DNA of 62,399 nucleotides. It comes from Leptospira biflexa (GTDB lineage Bacteria > Spirochaetota > Leptospiria > Turneriellales > DYLW01). Positions 38,721 through 50,199 of this stretch are shown here, piece after piece (position 1 is the stretch's first letter; each line of letters begins with the position of its first letter). Made by a program: the position numbers and the translations under genes. The stretch is taken from assembly GCA_020721865.1 (NCBI GenBank), contig DYLW01000013.1, positions 1-62,399 on the forward strand, read 5' to 3'. The notes below the pieces were generated by a model. The model made no database searches and was not told the origin of the DNA. It worked only from the letters and a program-made list of their open reading frames with translations.

Positions 38721-40063
38721 GGAAGCTTTTCCGGGACGGCCGATTTCTCTTCCGTGAGGTGGCGGATGGTCGGAGATTGTATGGAGCTGGCATAAGCGGA
38801 GAGAAATTCTTTTTCGCGTGTAAATGCCTCCGGGCTCAGATGGTAATAAAGCCGGAAGGTCATGCGGGAATTTTCTCTTTTCAGAATTTTTAAATAAAAT
38901 TCCCGGTTCTGAAATTCCGGATACTGCAGATATGTCTGGAGATATTTTTCCACCAGCCGATTCTGGATTTCCTTTTTTTGTCTGTACAAGAAATCTTTTG
39001 CCTTCTGTGGATTTTCATGGATTTGAGCCAGATGGCAGGAATCAAAAACAGGATCATCCGGATTGGTTATTGTCTCGCATTTCTGAATCCATGCTTTTTT
39101 GAGGATGGGGCGGGATTCTTTGTAATTCATTCCAATGACAAAGGCAAACCGGGGAGAGTTTTCCATTGCCACAAGTTTCAGAAGAAATTCCTGGCTGCGG
39201 AAGCTGGGTTCGCCGGATTCCTGGGGGAGGAGAAATGCCACAAGGATGGCCCTCCGCAGGCCGGGACGATTTTCCATTGGGATATTCTGGGCGGCGTCCA
39301 GTACCATTTCCGGATTACGGCGGAGGAGGGTTTTATAGATAAAATACCGATGATCTTGCGACAGTTTGGGCACCCAGTCCTGGAGGTAAAACAGCATCAA
39401 TTCTGTGGAAATATTTTCTCCCAGGTATATTTTCTTCAAGTGTGCATAGTCCGCCGGCAATTCCATACAGGAGGAAAAAAGCTGATGGGTTTCCAGAAAT
39501 CGGTCCGGGGGTAATTGGGACAGATAGCGGAAATACCGGGAATCCGCCAGAATATCTCCAGCCCATTTTTTGTCATTTTCATTGAAGTCACAGTCCGCTT
39601 TCAGATCGTGCCGGAGCTGGATATAGGGAACAAAGAGATCTGGCCGGTGTTTTTCCAGAATCGTGGTTTTCAGCTCTCTTCGCAGGGTGGGGCGGTGCAG
39701 GTTGTCCAGAATGGAAAGGGCTTTCCGGATTAACACTTCGTGGGAGACCAGAACCAGATAATCTGAGAGATAGAAAAAGTCATCCCGGGAGTTTCTTTTT
39801 TCAAAATATTCCAGGACCAGAAGGGATATTTCCGGAATATTCTCATATTCCAGCAGAAACGTCATGGTATCCAGAATATCCGCATCCTGGGGAAGGGGTT
39901 TCAGGTTATTCAGATTCCGGATGGTGGATTTTCTTATATTGGCATCATTGTTGAGCAGGGCATCGTGCAGGGATGTCTGGGAAAACGCAGGAGCCGCCAG
40001 CAAAAGCCCACCGGCAAGGAACACAGACGCAAGGCGATTAATAAAATTTCCGGGTTGAATCAT
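38717..40063 (-). CDS. Exported hypothetical all-helical (HEAT-like) protein
   Basis: Signal peptide (..LLLAAPAFS) followed by Leu-rich helical repeats. Overlaps the end of the ftsB-like gene. Confidence 0.7.
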   Translation of the reverse strand: MIQPGNFINRLASVFLAGGLLLAAPAFSQTSLHDALLNNDANIRKSTIRNLNNLKPLPQDADILDTMTFLLEYENIPEISLLVLEYFEKRNSRDDFFYLSDYLVLVSHEVLIRKALSILDNLHRPTLRRELKTTILEKHRPDLFVPYIQLRHDLKADCDFNENDKKWAGDILADSRYFRYLSQLPPDRFLETHQLFSSCMELPADYAHLKKIYLGENISTELMLFYLQDWVPKLSQDHRYFIYKTLLRRNPEMVLDAAQNIPMENRPGLRRAILVAFLLPQESGEPSFRSQEFLLKLVAMENSPRFAFVIGMNYKESRPILKKAWIQKCETITNPDDPVFDSCHLAQIHENPQKAKDFLYRQKKEIQNRLVEKYLQTYLQYPEFQNREFYLKILKRENSRMTFRLYYHLSPEAFTREKEFLSAYASSIQSPTIRHLTEEKSAVPEKLP

Positions 40064-40499
40064 CGGGGGAAGTATTCTGCCGGCGGTAAGCCCGGCGGTA
40101 AGCAATGAGGGAAACAAAAACCAGCAGTATGGATGCGGCAATGATATAGATATTCTGCAGAAGTTTCAGATCGTATAAATTTTTCTGTTCTTCCGTGGGT
40201 GTCTTGCTTCGTGGGGAGTTCTCTTCAAATTTAATAATCTGTACTTTGTCCTTGAATACCAGATATTCCCTTTCGAAATTCCGTATCATTTTATCCGGAT
40301 CATCCGCATCCTGGAGTTTCCCACGGGTGGAAGCAATCCGGGCGTCCAGTTCGGATATCTGTTTTTCCATGATCTCTTTCTGAAATGAAAGATTCCGGTA
40401 ATCCAGATATCCGCCTTCTGCAAAGACCAGAAGGTTTCCCGCCACCAGCCCAAGCACGGTCAGGAACGGAATAAACGCCCAGTGGTTCAGCCCTTTCAA
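40038..40499 (-). CDS. Septum formation initiator (FtsB/DivIC-like) with an extra C-terminal TM helix
   Basis: TM helix, FAEGGYLDY, coiled coil and the conserved position right after eno. Confidence 0.7.
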   Translation of the reverse strand: MKGLNHWAFIPFLTVLGLVAGNLLVFAEGGYLDYRNLSFQKEIMEKQISELDARIASTRGKLQDADDPDKMIRNFEREYLVFKDKVQIIKFEENSPRSKTPTEEQKNLYDLKLLQNIYIIAASILLVFVSLIAYRRAYRRQNTSPDDSTRKFY

Positions 40500-40516
40500 G
40501 TGGGAACCGTTAAAAA

Positions 40517-41812
<1,296 letters not shown>

Positions 41813-41854
41813 CTATGGGCTCCCCTAATCCTGTAAAGTTAGAAAATAAAATAT

Positions 41855-41882
41855 TTGACATAACGTTTTCAATCCCTTAACT
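41855..41882 (+). promoter_or_regulatory. Possible sigma70 promoter for the 41888-51561 gene run
   Basis: TTGACA at 41855-41860 in the divergent eno intergenic region, with an imperfect -10 (TTAACT). Confidence 0.4.
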
Positions 41883-41887
41883 GAAAT

Positions 41888-42412
41888 ATGCAGGTAATAA
41901 AATTTGTCCACGTGTTGCGGCGGATTGAGAATATTGAAAGAGATATTGAGGAATTGCATTCCATGGAGAAAAACCTCCAGGATGACCGGGAATATTCGGA
42001 AAAAATCCGGATTGCTTTGGAATTGGAAATAAATACGCTCTTGAATGAGAAAGTCAAGCTCATGGAGCTCAAGATTGAAAATCCACCGGAAAAGATTTTG
42101 CGTATGATTTATCCGGAGGAGCATACCAGCGTGGTGAAAACCCGGCAGAAAGAAAAATTCCCGCTGGAAGAAATGGAAAAGGACTATATTTACGATTTCC
42201 TTTATGGGAAAAAAGACTCTGGTAGCGGGAATGAAAAACCCGCAGAATCGGAGCGGGAAATATCTGTATCCGAAAAAAAACGGGATGACCAGAATTTTCT
42301 CCGGCCTGCCGGACGGGAGAGTGTTACCCGCACCGGGTTTCGCCGGGAGGAAATTCAGAATACTCCCAAAAGTCGGGACCAGATTATCAAAGAATTACCC
42401 ATGATTGACTGA
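41888..42412 (+). CDS. Hypothetical coiled-coil protein
   Basis: 174-aa ORF rich in E/K/R with an N-terminal heptad pattern. First gene of a tightly packed run. Confidence 0.75.
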   Translation: MQVIKFVHVLRRIENIERDIEELHSMEKNLQDDREYSEKIRIALELEINTLLNEKVKLMELKIENPPEKILRMIYPEEHTSVVKTRQKEKFPLEEMEKDYIYDFLYGKKDSGSGNEKPAESEREISVSEKKRDDQNFLRPAGRESVTRTGFRREEIQNTPKSRDQIIKELPMID

Positions 42413-42426
42413 CCCCGGGTGCATAG

Positions 42427-43953
42427 ATGAAATATTTTTCAGTTATCCAAGCCCGTCCTGCCGGGTTCATTTTCTTAATATTGTTCTTTGTACTGTTCGG
42501 GGTGGGGATTTCCTGCCGGAGCGACCGCCCCCTGGCAACGTACCAGGGTGGGAAAATCATGGAGTCCGATTTAATATCCATTGCAGAGATGTATTTGGGG
42601 GATTATTCGTTGCTCCAGAAAGAACAGAAAAAGATTATCCTGCGGGATATGGCATTGATTCGGATTTTGTCTGAACTGGGGAAAAATGATACGGAAATAA
42701 CTTCCTCCGGAACAATTCTGGAAGAACGAGTGTCTGCGGATTTTTTTCTGAGCCGATGGAGGAAAAATTCAGAGAAAGTGCGGGAACCATTTGTTCCTAT
42801 TTTTCACATACTGATTACCACCGGGAAGGAATCCCCGGAGAAAGCACGGGAGGACGCCGATATTATATTCCAGGATTTGAAAGCCGGCAAAATTCGATGG
42901 GAGGATGCTGCGAAAAAATCTATGGATAAAAACACATCGGGAAAAAACGGCGATCTGGGATTTGTCGCGGAGAATACCCGTTTCCCGGCAGAGACTTTCC
43001 CCCAGTTTGCACTAATAATCCGCAAGGAAGGAAATCCGGAAAAATACGGATCATATTCATACTGCCGGGTGAGGGAAATTATCACTTTGGAGGAGAAAAA
43101 AATTCCCGCCGGTTTTCTGTCTCTCTGTAAAAAGCAAAAGGATGGCAGTAAAGAAATCCTCATGGAATATTCTCCGGGAAAAACCGCCACAGTTCGGCCG
43201 CAGGATGTGGAAATTACGGATCCCATCCGGAAGGATGGACAAGCCATTTTTCCGCCGGTATATTCCATCTATGGCTGGCATATTATCAAAACCGGTAGCA
43301 CCCTTAAAATGGATAAAAAAGAATACCGGAAACATCTGGAAGAAAGCTCTCCCCCGGAGCAGAAAGCCGGGGTGGAAGCGACTGCGGGATTTATCTGGGA
43401 TAAAATCCTGAATAAGCGGATTCAGGATTTTATAGATAATGAGTACCAGCTCCATAATATTCCCAGAGATTTTGCCCTTCCCTGTGACTGGAAAAGCGGG
43501 AAGGGGATCATCCAGACGGAAAAAATTCGGATTGACCAGGATGAATTCCAACATTTTCTGGAATGGTATCGCATCCGTTATAACACCGGAACGGCCATGG
43601 ACTGTGATCTGGAAAGAAAAATCTTTGCACGATATCTTCAGAACAGAATTCTCTCCCAAACAGCACAGAAATCCGGAATTCATGCCGATGTGCAATTCCA
43701 GAAGAGAATGGAGTGGGAAAAAATGAGCGAAATTGCTCATGCTTACATGGAAAAGCAATGGGGATCCGGAATTAAAGTGGATTCCGGGCAACTGGAGAGG
43801 GAATATAAACAGATTGTGTCCAGGGAAAAAAAATCCGGAGTGCGGAAAGAAGAAGTGCACCGCTATCTGTATGCCAGAGAAAAAAGGGCAAAGATGGATA
43901 AAATGAAAAATGAGATTTTAAATAAATATTCATTTAAAATAACAATGGAATAA
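42427..43953 (+). CDS. Parvulin/PpiC-type peptidyl-prolyl isomerase lipoprotein (PrsA/SurA-like)
   Basis: Lipobox VGIS-C, HILI, WEDAAKKSMD..SGKNGDLGF and PVYSIYGWHIIK. An insertion splits the parvulin domain. Confidence 0.85.
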   Translation: MKYFSVIQARPAGFIFLILFFVLFGVGISCRSDRPLATYQGGKIMESDLISIAEMYLGDYSLLQKEQKKIILRDMALIRILSELGKNDTEITSSGTILEERVSADFFLSRWRKNSEKVREPFVPIFHILITTGKESPEKAREDADIIFQDLKAGKIRWEDAAKKSMDKNTSGKNGDLGFVAENTRFPAETFPQFALIIRKEGNPEKYGSYSYCRVREIITLEEKKIPAGFLSLCKKQKDGSKEILMEYSPGKTATVRPQDVEITDPIRKDGQAIFPPVYSIYGWHIIKTGSTLKMDKKEYRKHLEESSPPEQKAGVEATAGFIWDKILNKRIQDFIDNEYQLHNIPRDFALPCDWKSGKGIIQTEKIRIDQDEFQHFLEWYRIRYNTGTAMDCDLERKIFARYLQNRILSQTAQKSGIHADVQFQKRMEWEKMSEIAHAYMEKQWGSGIKVDSGQLEREYKQIVSREKKSGVRKEEVHRYLYAREKRAKMDKMKNEILNKYSFKITME

Positions 43954-43976
43954 AACAAAACATTAAGAGAGGAACA

Positions 43977-44303
43977 ATGGAAAAAGGAAACATAACCAGA
44001 ATTTCTGCGGACATGGAATTTTCCGGAGAAATTAGCTACCATGATATTCTGGTGGTGGAAGGAAGCGTGAAGGGCATCATAAAAAGCGATGGAAAAGTGA
44101 TCATCTCCGAGCATGGAAAAGTCCAGGGAGATATCTACGCTAAAAATCTGGAAATCCAGGGTGAAGTCCAGGGGAATATTTATGAAGCCGGTTTTGTCCA
44201 GTTAAGACCCACCTGCGTTTTGCATGGGGATATTTTTTCCAAAGAATTACAGATTGAAAGAGGTGCCCGCTACTATGGCAGCAGCACTATGATAACTGAA
44301 TGA
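43977..44303 (+). CDS. Bactofilin (polymer-forming cytoskeletal protein)
   Basis: Repeated beta-helix motifs (VEGSVKG, GKVQGDI, IQGEVQGNI, LHGDI, IERGA). Confidence 0.93.
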   Translation: MEKGNITRISADMEFSGEISYHDILVVEGSVKGIIKSDGKVIISEHGKVQGDIYAKNLEIQGEVQGNIYEAGFVQLRPTCVLHGDIFSKELQIERGARYYGSSTMITE

Positions 44304-46315
44304 CGGAAAAAGAAATGCTCTCAGCGTACCTCCCGGGGTACACCGTAATACAGGAAAAACTATTCTCTGCATGGAATGAGCGTTTGTCTGGGTATTACAA
44401 GGACTCCCTCCGGAATATGGATGAAGGGGAGCGGGAAGAGTTTTTCTTTCAGAAAAGTCTAAGGCTGTTTTTCCCCTATTCCTGTCTCCTGAGCAATTCC
44501 TTCCGTCTACCGGATATGGATAAAGCTATTTCTTTAATGAGGAAATATTATGAGGATGACCAGAATGGAATTTCCCGGGAAATTCTGATTTATGGGGACA
44601 GGGACGCGGATGGGGTGATATCCTCATCCATCATCTATAACTTTTTCCGTCCGTTGTTCCGTCATCATTCCATAAAAGTTTTTTTCCCGTTGCAGGATGA
44701 TAAATACGGAGTTACGGAAAAAGTGGCTGCCCGTCTGGCGGAAGAGAAATCTGATCTTGTGATTATCCTGGACTGTGGCTCCGGTAACGCCAGAGAGATA
44801 TCTAATCTGAAGAATGGAAAGAACCATTTTATCATAATGGATCACCACACTCTCCCGGAAAATCCGGCGGATTATCCGGATGTGGACGCTTTCATTAATT
44901 CCAAAAGAATGGCCCATATTCATCCGGATGCTGAGCCTGCCACTTCCGGTCTGGCGTTCAAGTTTATCCGGGCATTTGCTTATTCTTTCACCTCATTGTA
45001 TCATCAGGAAATTCAGGTGGAATGGAAAAATAAATATCATATATTTTTTCATGGTGAATGGAAAGAAAGTCTGGAAACTCCCCGGAAAGAAATGAAAATT
45101 CATTCTCTGGATCAATTCTGGGAAGTTCAGGCAAAAAAGGATCGCAACATTTCTCTATTATCCTCGTATCTGAAAAAACTGGGAAGGGAGGATCTTCCCT
45201 TCCTGTACACTGTTTTTGAAAACCACTCCACCGCAAATATCCGCAAAAAAATCCAGCCGTTTTTTGCATGCACGGCAATCGGGACTGTCACGGACATGAT
45301 GCCACTGGTGGATGATAACCGAATCCTGGTTTCTGCGGGGCTTGCGGAGATGAACCGCAGGGGAGCTCCCATCCCGCCCGGATTGGAGTCGCTTTTGTTG
45401 CGTCTGAAATTAAGAAATTACCGGGTGGCGGAATCTGACATTGGATTCTTTATTGGGCCGGTTCTGAACGCACCGGGGCGACTGGATACGGCGGACATCG
45501 CGTTTGAATTACTCACGGAAAGGATTCCGGAAAAAGCAGCAAAAAAGGCCTATGAGTTGGAATCCATCAATAAAAAACGCAAAGAGTATTCCCAGAATGG
45601 AATTAAAATAGCAATATCGGAGGCAGAACGGGAGGAGGATGCCAACATTGTTATCATCTACCATCCGGACATCCATCCCGGAATTTCCGGCAATGTGGCC
45701 AACCAGATATCCCAGGTTTATAAAAAACCGGCGGTAATCATGGTGCGGGAGGGGGATGGAATCCGGGGATCCATCCGGGCGTACCAGAATGAGGATGTAT
45801 ATTCCCTTTTGGAAATGAATGCCGATTTATTTATCCAATTTGGAGGCCATAAAGGGGCAGCCGGATTTTCTCTGGAATTTTCAAAAAGAGAGGAGTTAAT
45901 CCAGCGATTCCGGAAGACTCTGGAAGAGAAAAAATTAGTATGGAAAAAGACAGAAGAAAAGAATGTTCTGGCATCACTGAAAGACAAGGATTTGTATCCT
46001 TCATTCTGGAATGATATTATGGTATTCTCCCCTTATGGGATTATGAATCCGCATCCGGAAGTGGAAATCACAGCGATCCGTCCTGTCCGGATATCCAATA
46101 TCGGTGAGGGGGAAAAGCATGCAAAGGTATTCTTCACCGGAATTTCTGATCCCAGTATTGAAGGGATCTGGTTTTTTCATGAAGGGGAAGCACAGAAATT
46201 TCATGAAAAAAATAATCTGGCCATTGTGGCGGAACCTCATTTTAAATATTTCCGGGAAAGGCTCACGTACCAGTTGAAGATAAAAAAGGTTGACATTGTA
46301 ACGCAAACCGTATAA
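44300..46315 (+). CDS. recJ: Single-stranded DNA exonuclease RecJ
   Basis: YGDRDADG, LDCGS, MDHH, IGTVTDMMPLVDDNR, PVLNAPGRL and FGGHKGAAG. Confidence 0.9.
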   Translation: MTEKEMLSAYLPGYTVIQEKLFSAWNERLSGYYKDSLRNMDEGEREEFFFQKSLRLFFPYSCLLSNSFRLPDMDKAISLMRKYYEDDQNGISREILIYGDRDADGVISSSIIYNFFRPLFRHHSIKVFFPLQDDKYGVTEKVAARLAEEKSDLVIILDCGSGNAREISNLKNGKNHFIIMDHHTLPENPADYPDVDAFINSKRMAHIHPDAEPATSGLAFKFIRAFAYSFTSLYHQEIQVEWKNKYHIFFHGEWKESLETPRKEMKIHSLDQFWEVQAKKDRNISLLSSYLKKLGREDLPFLYTVFENHSTANIRKKIQPFFACTAIGTVTDMMPLVDDNRILVSAGLAEMNRRGAPIPPGLESLLLRLKLRNYRVAESDIGFFIGPVLNAPGRLDTADIAFELLTERIPEKAAKKAYELESINKKRKEYSQNGIKIAISEAEREEDANIVIIYHPDIHPGISGNVANQISQVYKKPAVIMVREGDGIRGSIRAYQNEDVYSLLEMNADLFIQFGGHKGAAGFSLEFSKREELIQRFRKTLEEKKLVWKKTEEKNVLASLKDKDLYPSFWNDIMVFSPYGIMNPHPEVEITAIRPVRISNIGEGEKHAKVFFTGISDPSIEGIWFFHEGEAQKFHEKNNLAIVAEPHFKYFRERLTYQLKIKKVDIVTQTV

Positions 46316-46318
46316 AAA
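46290..46318 (+). promoter_or_regulatory. Possible internal sigma70 promoter for lon within the recJ 3' end
   Basis: TTGACA (46290-46295) followed 15-17 nt later by TATAAA/TAAAAA. Confidence 0.45.
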
Positions 46319-46339
46319 AAGCAGTCATAATAAAGTCCT

Positions 46340-48715
46340 ATGAAAAAGAAAAACAGTGAAAATTCCGAATTCCTGATTTCCGTGGATCAATTGATGCCGG
46401 AAAGCTTGTATATTTTTCCATTAAAACAGAGACCCATTTTCCCGGGAATTGTAACTCCTGTGGTGATTCCACCTGGAAGGGCACAGGAAATCCTGAGCCG
46501 GGTTCTGGAAAAAACATCATTCATCGGTTTTGTTTTACTGAAGGATGATATGCTGGATGAAATGGATATTTCCAACCTGTATATGGTGGGGACATCCTCA
46601 AAAGTTATTAAAAGAATTAATCTCCCGGACGGGGGGATGCATCTTTTGATCAATACCATCTACCGTTTTCGCGTGAAGCAATATGAGAAACGGGAGAAAA
46701 ATATTGTGGCTCAGGTGGAATACTACAAAGAAACGGATGAAGAGAAAAAGTCAAATCATAAAAAAGAAATTAAAGCACTTACCCGTGCGGTGATCACCGG
46801 TGCCAGAGATGTGATGAGCCAGAATCCTCTCCTTACGGAAGAAATGAAACTTGCCCTGCTGAATGTGGATGAATCCGGAAAGATTGCAGATTTTACCTGC
46901 AATATTCTGAGTTTGGATAAAAAAGAATTTCAGAATGTTCTGGAAACATTTTCCATCAGGGAACGGCTGGAAAAAACTCTTCAATTTCTGCACCGGGAAA
47001 TGGAGATGATAAAACTCCAGAATAAAATCCAGAACCAGATCAATAACCGGATGGAAAACCAGCAGAAGGAATATTTTCTGCGTGAACAATTGAAGGAAAT
47101 CAAAACCGAGCTGGGGTTGGATTCGGAGGGCAAAGAAAAGGGTGCGGAATACTACCGGAAAAAAACGGAAAAACTGGAATTGTCTGCGGAAGCACGGGAA
47201 AAAGTAAATGAAGAAATCTCCAAATTGGAATATGTGGATACCCATTCCAATGAATATTCCGTGATCCGGAACTATCTGGATATCATCATTGATCTTCCCT
47301 GGGCAAAGCCGGTTTTCCGGGACATTGATATTACAAAAGCCGCAAAAATCCTGAACCGGGATCATTATGGTCTGGAAGACATAAAAGAAAGAATCATTGA
47401 GCATATAGCTGTGATCAAGCTTCGGAAAAATGCAAAAGGTACCATCATCTGTCTGGTGGGTCCGCCGGGAGTGGGAAAAACATCTCTGGGGAAATCCATC
47501 GCGGCCAGCCTGGGAAAGAAATTTTTCCGTTTTTCTCTGGGAGGAATGCGGGATGAAGCGGAGATTAAAGGCCACCGCCGTACCTATGTGGGGGCCATGC
47601 CGGGAAAAGTGATGGGAGCTTTCCGGGTGGTCAAGGAAAAAGATCCTGTCATAATGCTGGATGAAATTGATAAACTGGGGGTTTCTTTTCAGGGAGATCC
47701 GGCGAGTGCCCTCCTGGAAGTTCTGGACCCGGAACAAAACCAATCTTTCCGGGATCACTATCTGGATATTCCGTTCGATTTGTCCTTCACAACATTTATT
47801 ACCACAGCGAACACCCTGGATACCATTCCGCCCCCCCTTCTGGACAGGATGGAAATCATCCGTCTTTCCGGTTATGTATTAGAAGAAAAAATGAACATAG
47901 CCCGGAAGTATATCATCCCCCGTATGATTAAAGAAAATGGTTTGTCCGCATCTAATGCTCCCCGGATCACCCAGAATGGTCTGAAAGAACTGATCAATGG
48001 ATATTCCAGAGAGGCGGGAGTACGGTCCCTGGAACAGCATATCAAAAAGGTATACCGGAAAGCGGCGGCTGCCTTGGTGAGCGGAAAGGAATTTCCATCC
48101 ATCATAGATGGAAATCTGGAGGCGGTGCTGGGTCCAGCCCGTTTTACCAAAAAGGAAAATTCCCTCGCGGAATACCCCGGCACGGCCATTGGTTTGGCGT
48201 GGACTCAAATGGGCGGAGCAACCCTCATCATTGAAGCCAACGCCGTTCCGGGGAGAGGGCGGGTCCGCATTACCGGGCAGTTGGGGAAAGTCATGAATGA
48301 AAGCGTGGAAATTGCTATGACCGTTGTCCGCAGTATTGTTAAAGATGAAAAATACTGGATGAAAAACGACTTTCATATCCATGTGCCGGATGGTGCCACC
48401 CCCAAGGACGGACCCTCCGCAGGAATAACCATGACCACCGCTCTGTTGTCTTTATACCGGAAAGCACCCATTAAGAAAGGGTTTGCGATGACCGGAGAAA
48501 TCCGGCTGAGCGGAGATGTTTTACCCATCGGCGGGTTAAAAGAAAAAACCATTGCCGCTAAAAGAGCCGGTATAAAAAATATTATCTTTCCGGAAGAAAA
48601 TCTGAAAGACTGGAAGGAAATGCCGGATTTTATTAAAAAAGGAATTTCTTTCCATCCGGTTTCCCGGTATGCGGAAGTGGAGACCCTGGTCTTTGGAGAA
48701 AAAATTAAAGGATGA
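46340..48715 (+). CDS. lon: ATP-dependent protease La
   Basis: LON N-domain, GPPGVGKTS, GHRRTYVGAMPG, LDEIDK, catalytic PKDGPSAG and GGLKEK. Confidence 0.98.
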   Translation: MKKKNSENSEFLISVDQLMPESLYIFPLKQRPIFPGIVTPVVIPPGRAQEILSRVLEKTSFIGFVLLKDDMLDEMDISNLYMVGTSSKVIKRINLPDGGMHLLINTIYRFRVKQYEKREKNIVAQVEYYKETDEEKKSNHKKEIKALTRAVITGARDVMSQNPLLTEEMKLALLNVDESGKIADFTCNILSLDKKEFQNVLETFSIRERLEKTLQFLHREMEMIKLQNKIQNQINNRMENQQKEYFLREQLKEIKTELGLDSEGKEKGAEYYRKKTEKLELSAEAREKVNEEISKLEYVDTHSNEYSVIRNYLDIIIDLPWAKPVFRDIDITKAAKILNRDHYGLEDIKERIIEHIAVIKLRKNAKGTIICLVGPPGVGKTSLGKSIAASLGKKFFRFSLGGMRDEAEIKGHRRTYVGAMPGKVMGAFRVVKEKDPVIMLDEIDKLGVSFQGDPASALLEVLDPEQNQSFRDHYLDIPFDLSFTTFITTANTLDTIPPPLLDRMEIIRLSGYVLEEKMNIARKYIIPRMIKENGLSASNAPRITQNGLKELINGYSREAGVRSLEQHIKKVYRKAAAALVSGKEFPSIIDGNLEAVLGPARFTKKENSLAEYPGTAIGLAWTQMGGATLIIEANAVPGRGRVRITGQLGKVMNESVEIAMTVVRSIVKDEKYWMKNDFHIHVPDGATPKDGPSAGITMTTALLSLYRKAPIKKGFAMTGEIRLSGDVLPIGGLKEKTIAAKRAGIKNIIFPEENLKDWKEMPDFIKKGISFHPVSRYAEVETLVFGEKIKG

Positions 48716-48718
48716 AGT

Positions 48719-49228
48719 ATGGAACCCACCAGTATTAAGCAAAAAGTGGACAAACAATTTATTTCTATTATTATCATAATCTGGGCACTGGATCTTCTGA
48801 CAAAATTCTGGGCTCTGGATTTTCTGGACGTCGCAAAAAATCCAGAATATGCCTATAAAGGATATGATATACTGGGGAATTTTCTGCGGTTTAGGCTCAC
48901 CTATAACACGGGCGGAGTTTTTGGAATTTTCCAAGGGAATGCAATTGTCTTCCATATCCTTACCGGGGTTGCAATTCTGTTTCTTCTCTTTTACTATATC
49001 AAAACTCCGGATTTTTCCCGTTGGTTTCAGATCTCTATCGCATTCATTGTGGGGGGTGCTTTGGGGAATTTTACAGACCGGTTTTTTCGTCCTGGGGTGG
49101 TGGATTTTATTGATATGGGAATTGGTACGCACAGGTGGCCCACCTATAATATTGCGGATTCCTTTATAACCGTGGGGGCTCTGGTTCTGGCTTTGGCATT
49201 TTATCTGATGGAAAAGAAGCGGCAGTGA
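48719..49228 (+). CDS. lspA: Lipoprotein signal peptidase II
   Basis: LDLLTK, YNTGGVFG, GGALGNFTDR, VVDFI and YNIADSFI. Confidence 0.96.
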   Translation: MEPTSIKQKVDKQFISIIIIIWALDLLTKFWALDFLDVAKNPEYAYKGYDILGNFLRFRLTYNTGGVFGIFQGNAIVFHILTGVAILFLLFYYIKTPDFSRWFQISIAFIVGGALGNFTDRFFRPGVVDFIDMGIGTHRWPTYNIADSFITVGALVLALAFYLMEKKRQ

Positions 49229-49241
49229 AACCGCAGGGAAT

Positions 49242-50192
49242 ATGAATGTTCTGGAATTTACACTGGAACCGGGGGAAAGGGTGGACGTTTTTTTGTCCAG
49301 AGAATATCCGCAGCTATCCCGGAGCCGGATACAGAAATTAATAGAGGAGGGGGCTCTTGCCATTGAAGGGAAGACAATACTCCGCCCTTCCTATAAAAGC
49401 AAAAAAATCGAGGCGGGAAGATTTGAGTATCCGGAGGAAAAAATATTTGTTCTTCGCCCGTCCCCGGATAAGGTACCGGTGATTTTTGAGAATGACCACT
49501 TTGCCATTGTGAAAAAACCGGCGGGTATGACCACCCATCCGGGAGCCGGGACAGGAGAGGATACGCTGGTGCACGCATTAATGGGTAGCGTGGATTCCCT
49601 GTCCGATGGGCTGACACGGGAACGGCCGGGGATTATCCATCGGCTGGACCGCTCCACGGAAGGCCTGATGGTAATTGCCAAAACCAATGAAGCCCATCAG
49701 AAAATTGCAGCACTTTTTAAGGAAAAGAAAATTACAAAAAAATACCGTGCTATTGTCTGGGGATTTTTACCGGAGGGGGACTGGATTCCCGTGGAGGGGT
49801 ACATTTCCCGTCACCCCAAAGACAGAAAAAAAATGGCATTTTCCACGGAGAAAAAATCTCGTTTTTCCAGATTGGCTCTCCATGATTTTCGGGTTATCCG
49901 TTCCGGAGAAATTTTCAGCCAGGTGGAAATCCGGCTGCTTACCGGGAGAACACACCAGATCCGTGCCTTTTTTACCAGTATGGGTCATCCCATAGTGGGG
50001 GATACAATTTATTCGGTTCCGGAAAAAAGAAAGAATATTTACAAGGAAAAACTGGCAGCCAGAAAATTACCCTTGGATATTCATTCTCTTTATCTGCGTT
50101 CGTATTACTTGGAATTTGTCTCTCCTTTTGATGGGCAACGGCAAAGGTTCCGGATACCCATGGAAGACTGGGATAGTATTCCCCCGATGTGA
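49242..50192 (+). CDS. RluA-family (RluD-like) pseudouridine synthase
   Basis: S4 domain (RVDVFL..LSRSRIQKLI), KPAGM, IIHRLDRSTEG, TGRTHQIR and HPIVGD. Confidence 0.95.
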   Translation: MNVLEFTLEPGERVDVFLSREYPQLSRSRIQKLIEEGALAIEGKTILRPSYKSKKIEAGRFEYPEEKIFVLRPSPDKVPVIFENDHFAIVKKPAGMTTHPGAGTGEDTLVHALMGSVDSLSDGLTRERPGIIHRLDRSTEGLMVIAKTNEAHQKIAALFKEKKITKKYRAIVWGFLPEGDWIPVEGYISRHPKDRKKMAFSTEKKSRFSRLALHDFRVIRSGEIFSQVEIRLLTGRTHQIRAFFTSMGHPIVGDTIYSVPEKRKNIYKEKLAARKLPLDIHSLYLRSYYLEFVSPFDGQRQRFRIPMEDWDSIPPM

Positions 50193-50199
50193 GAAAATA

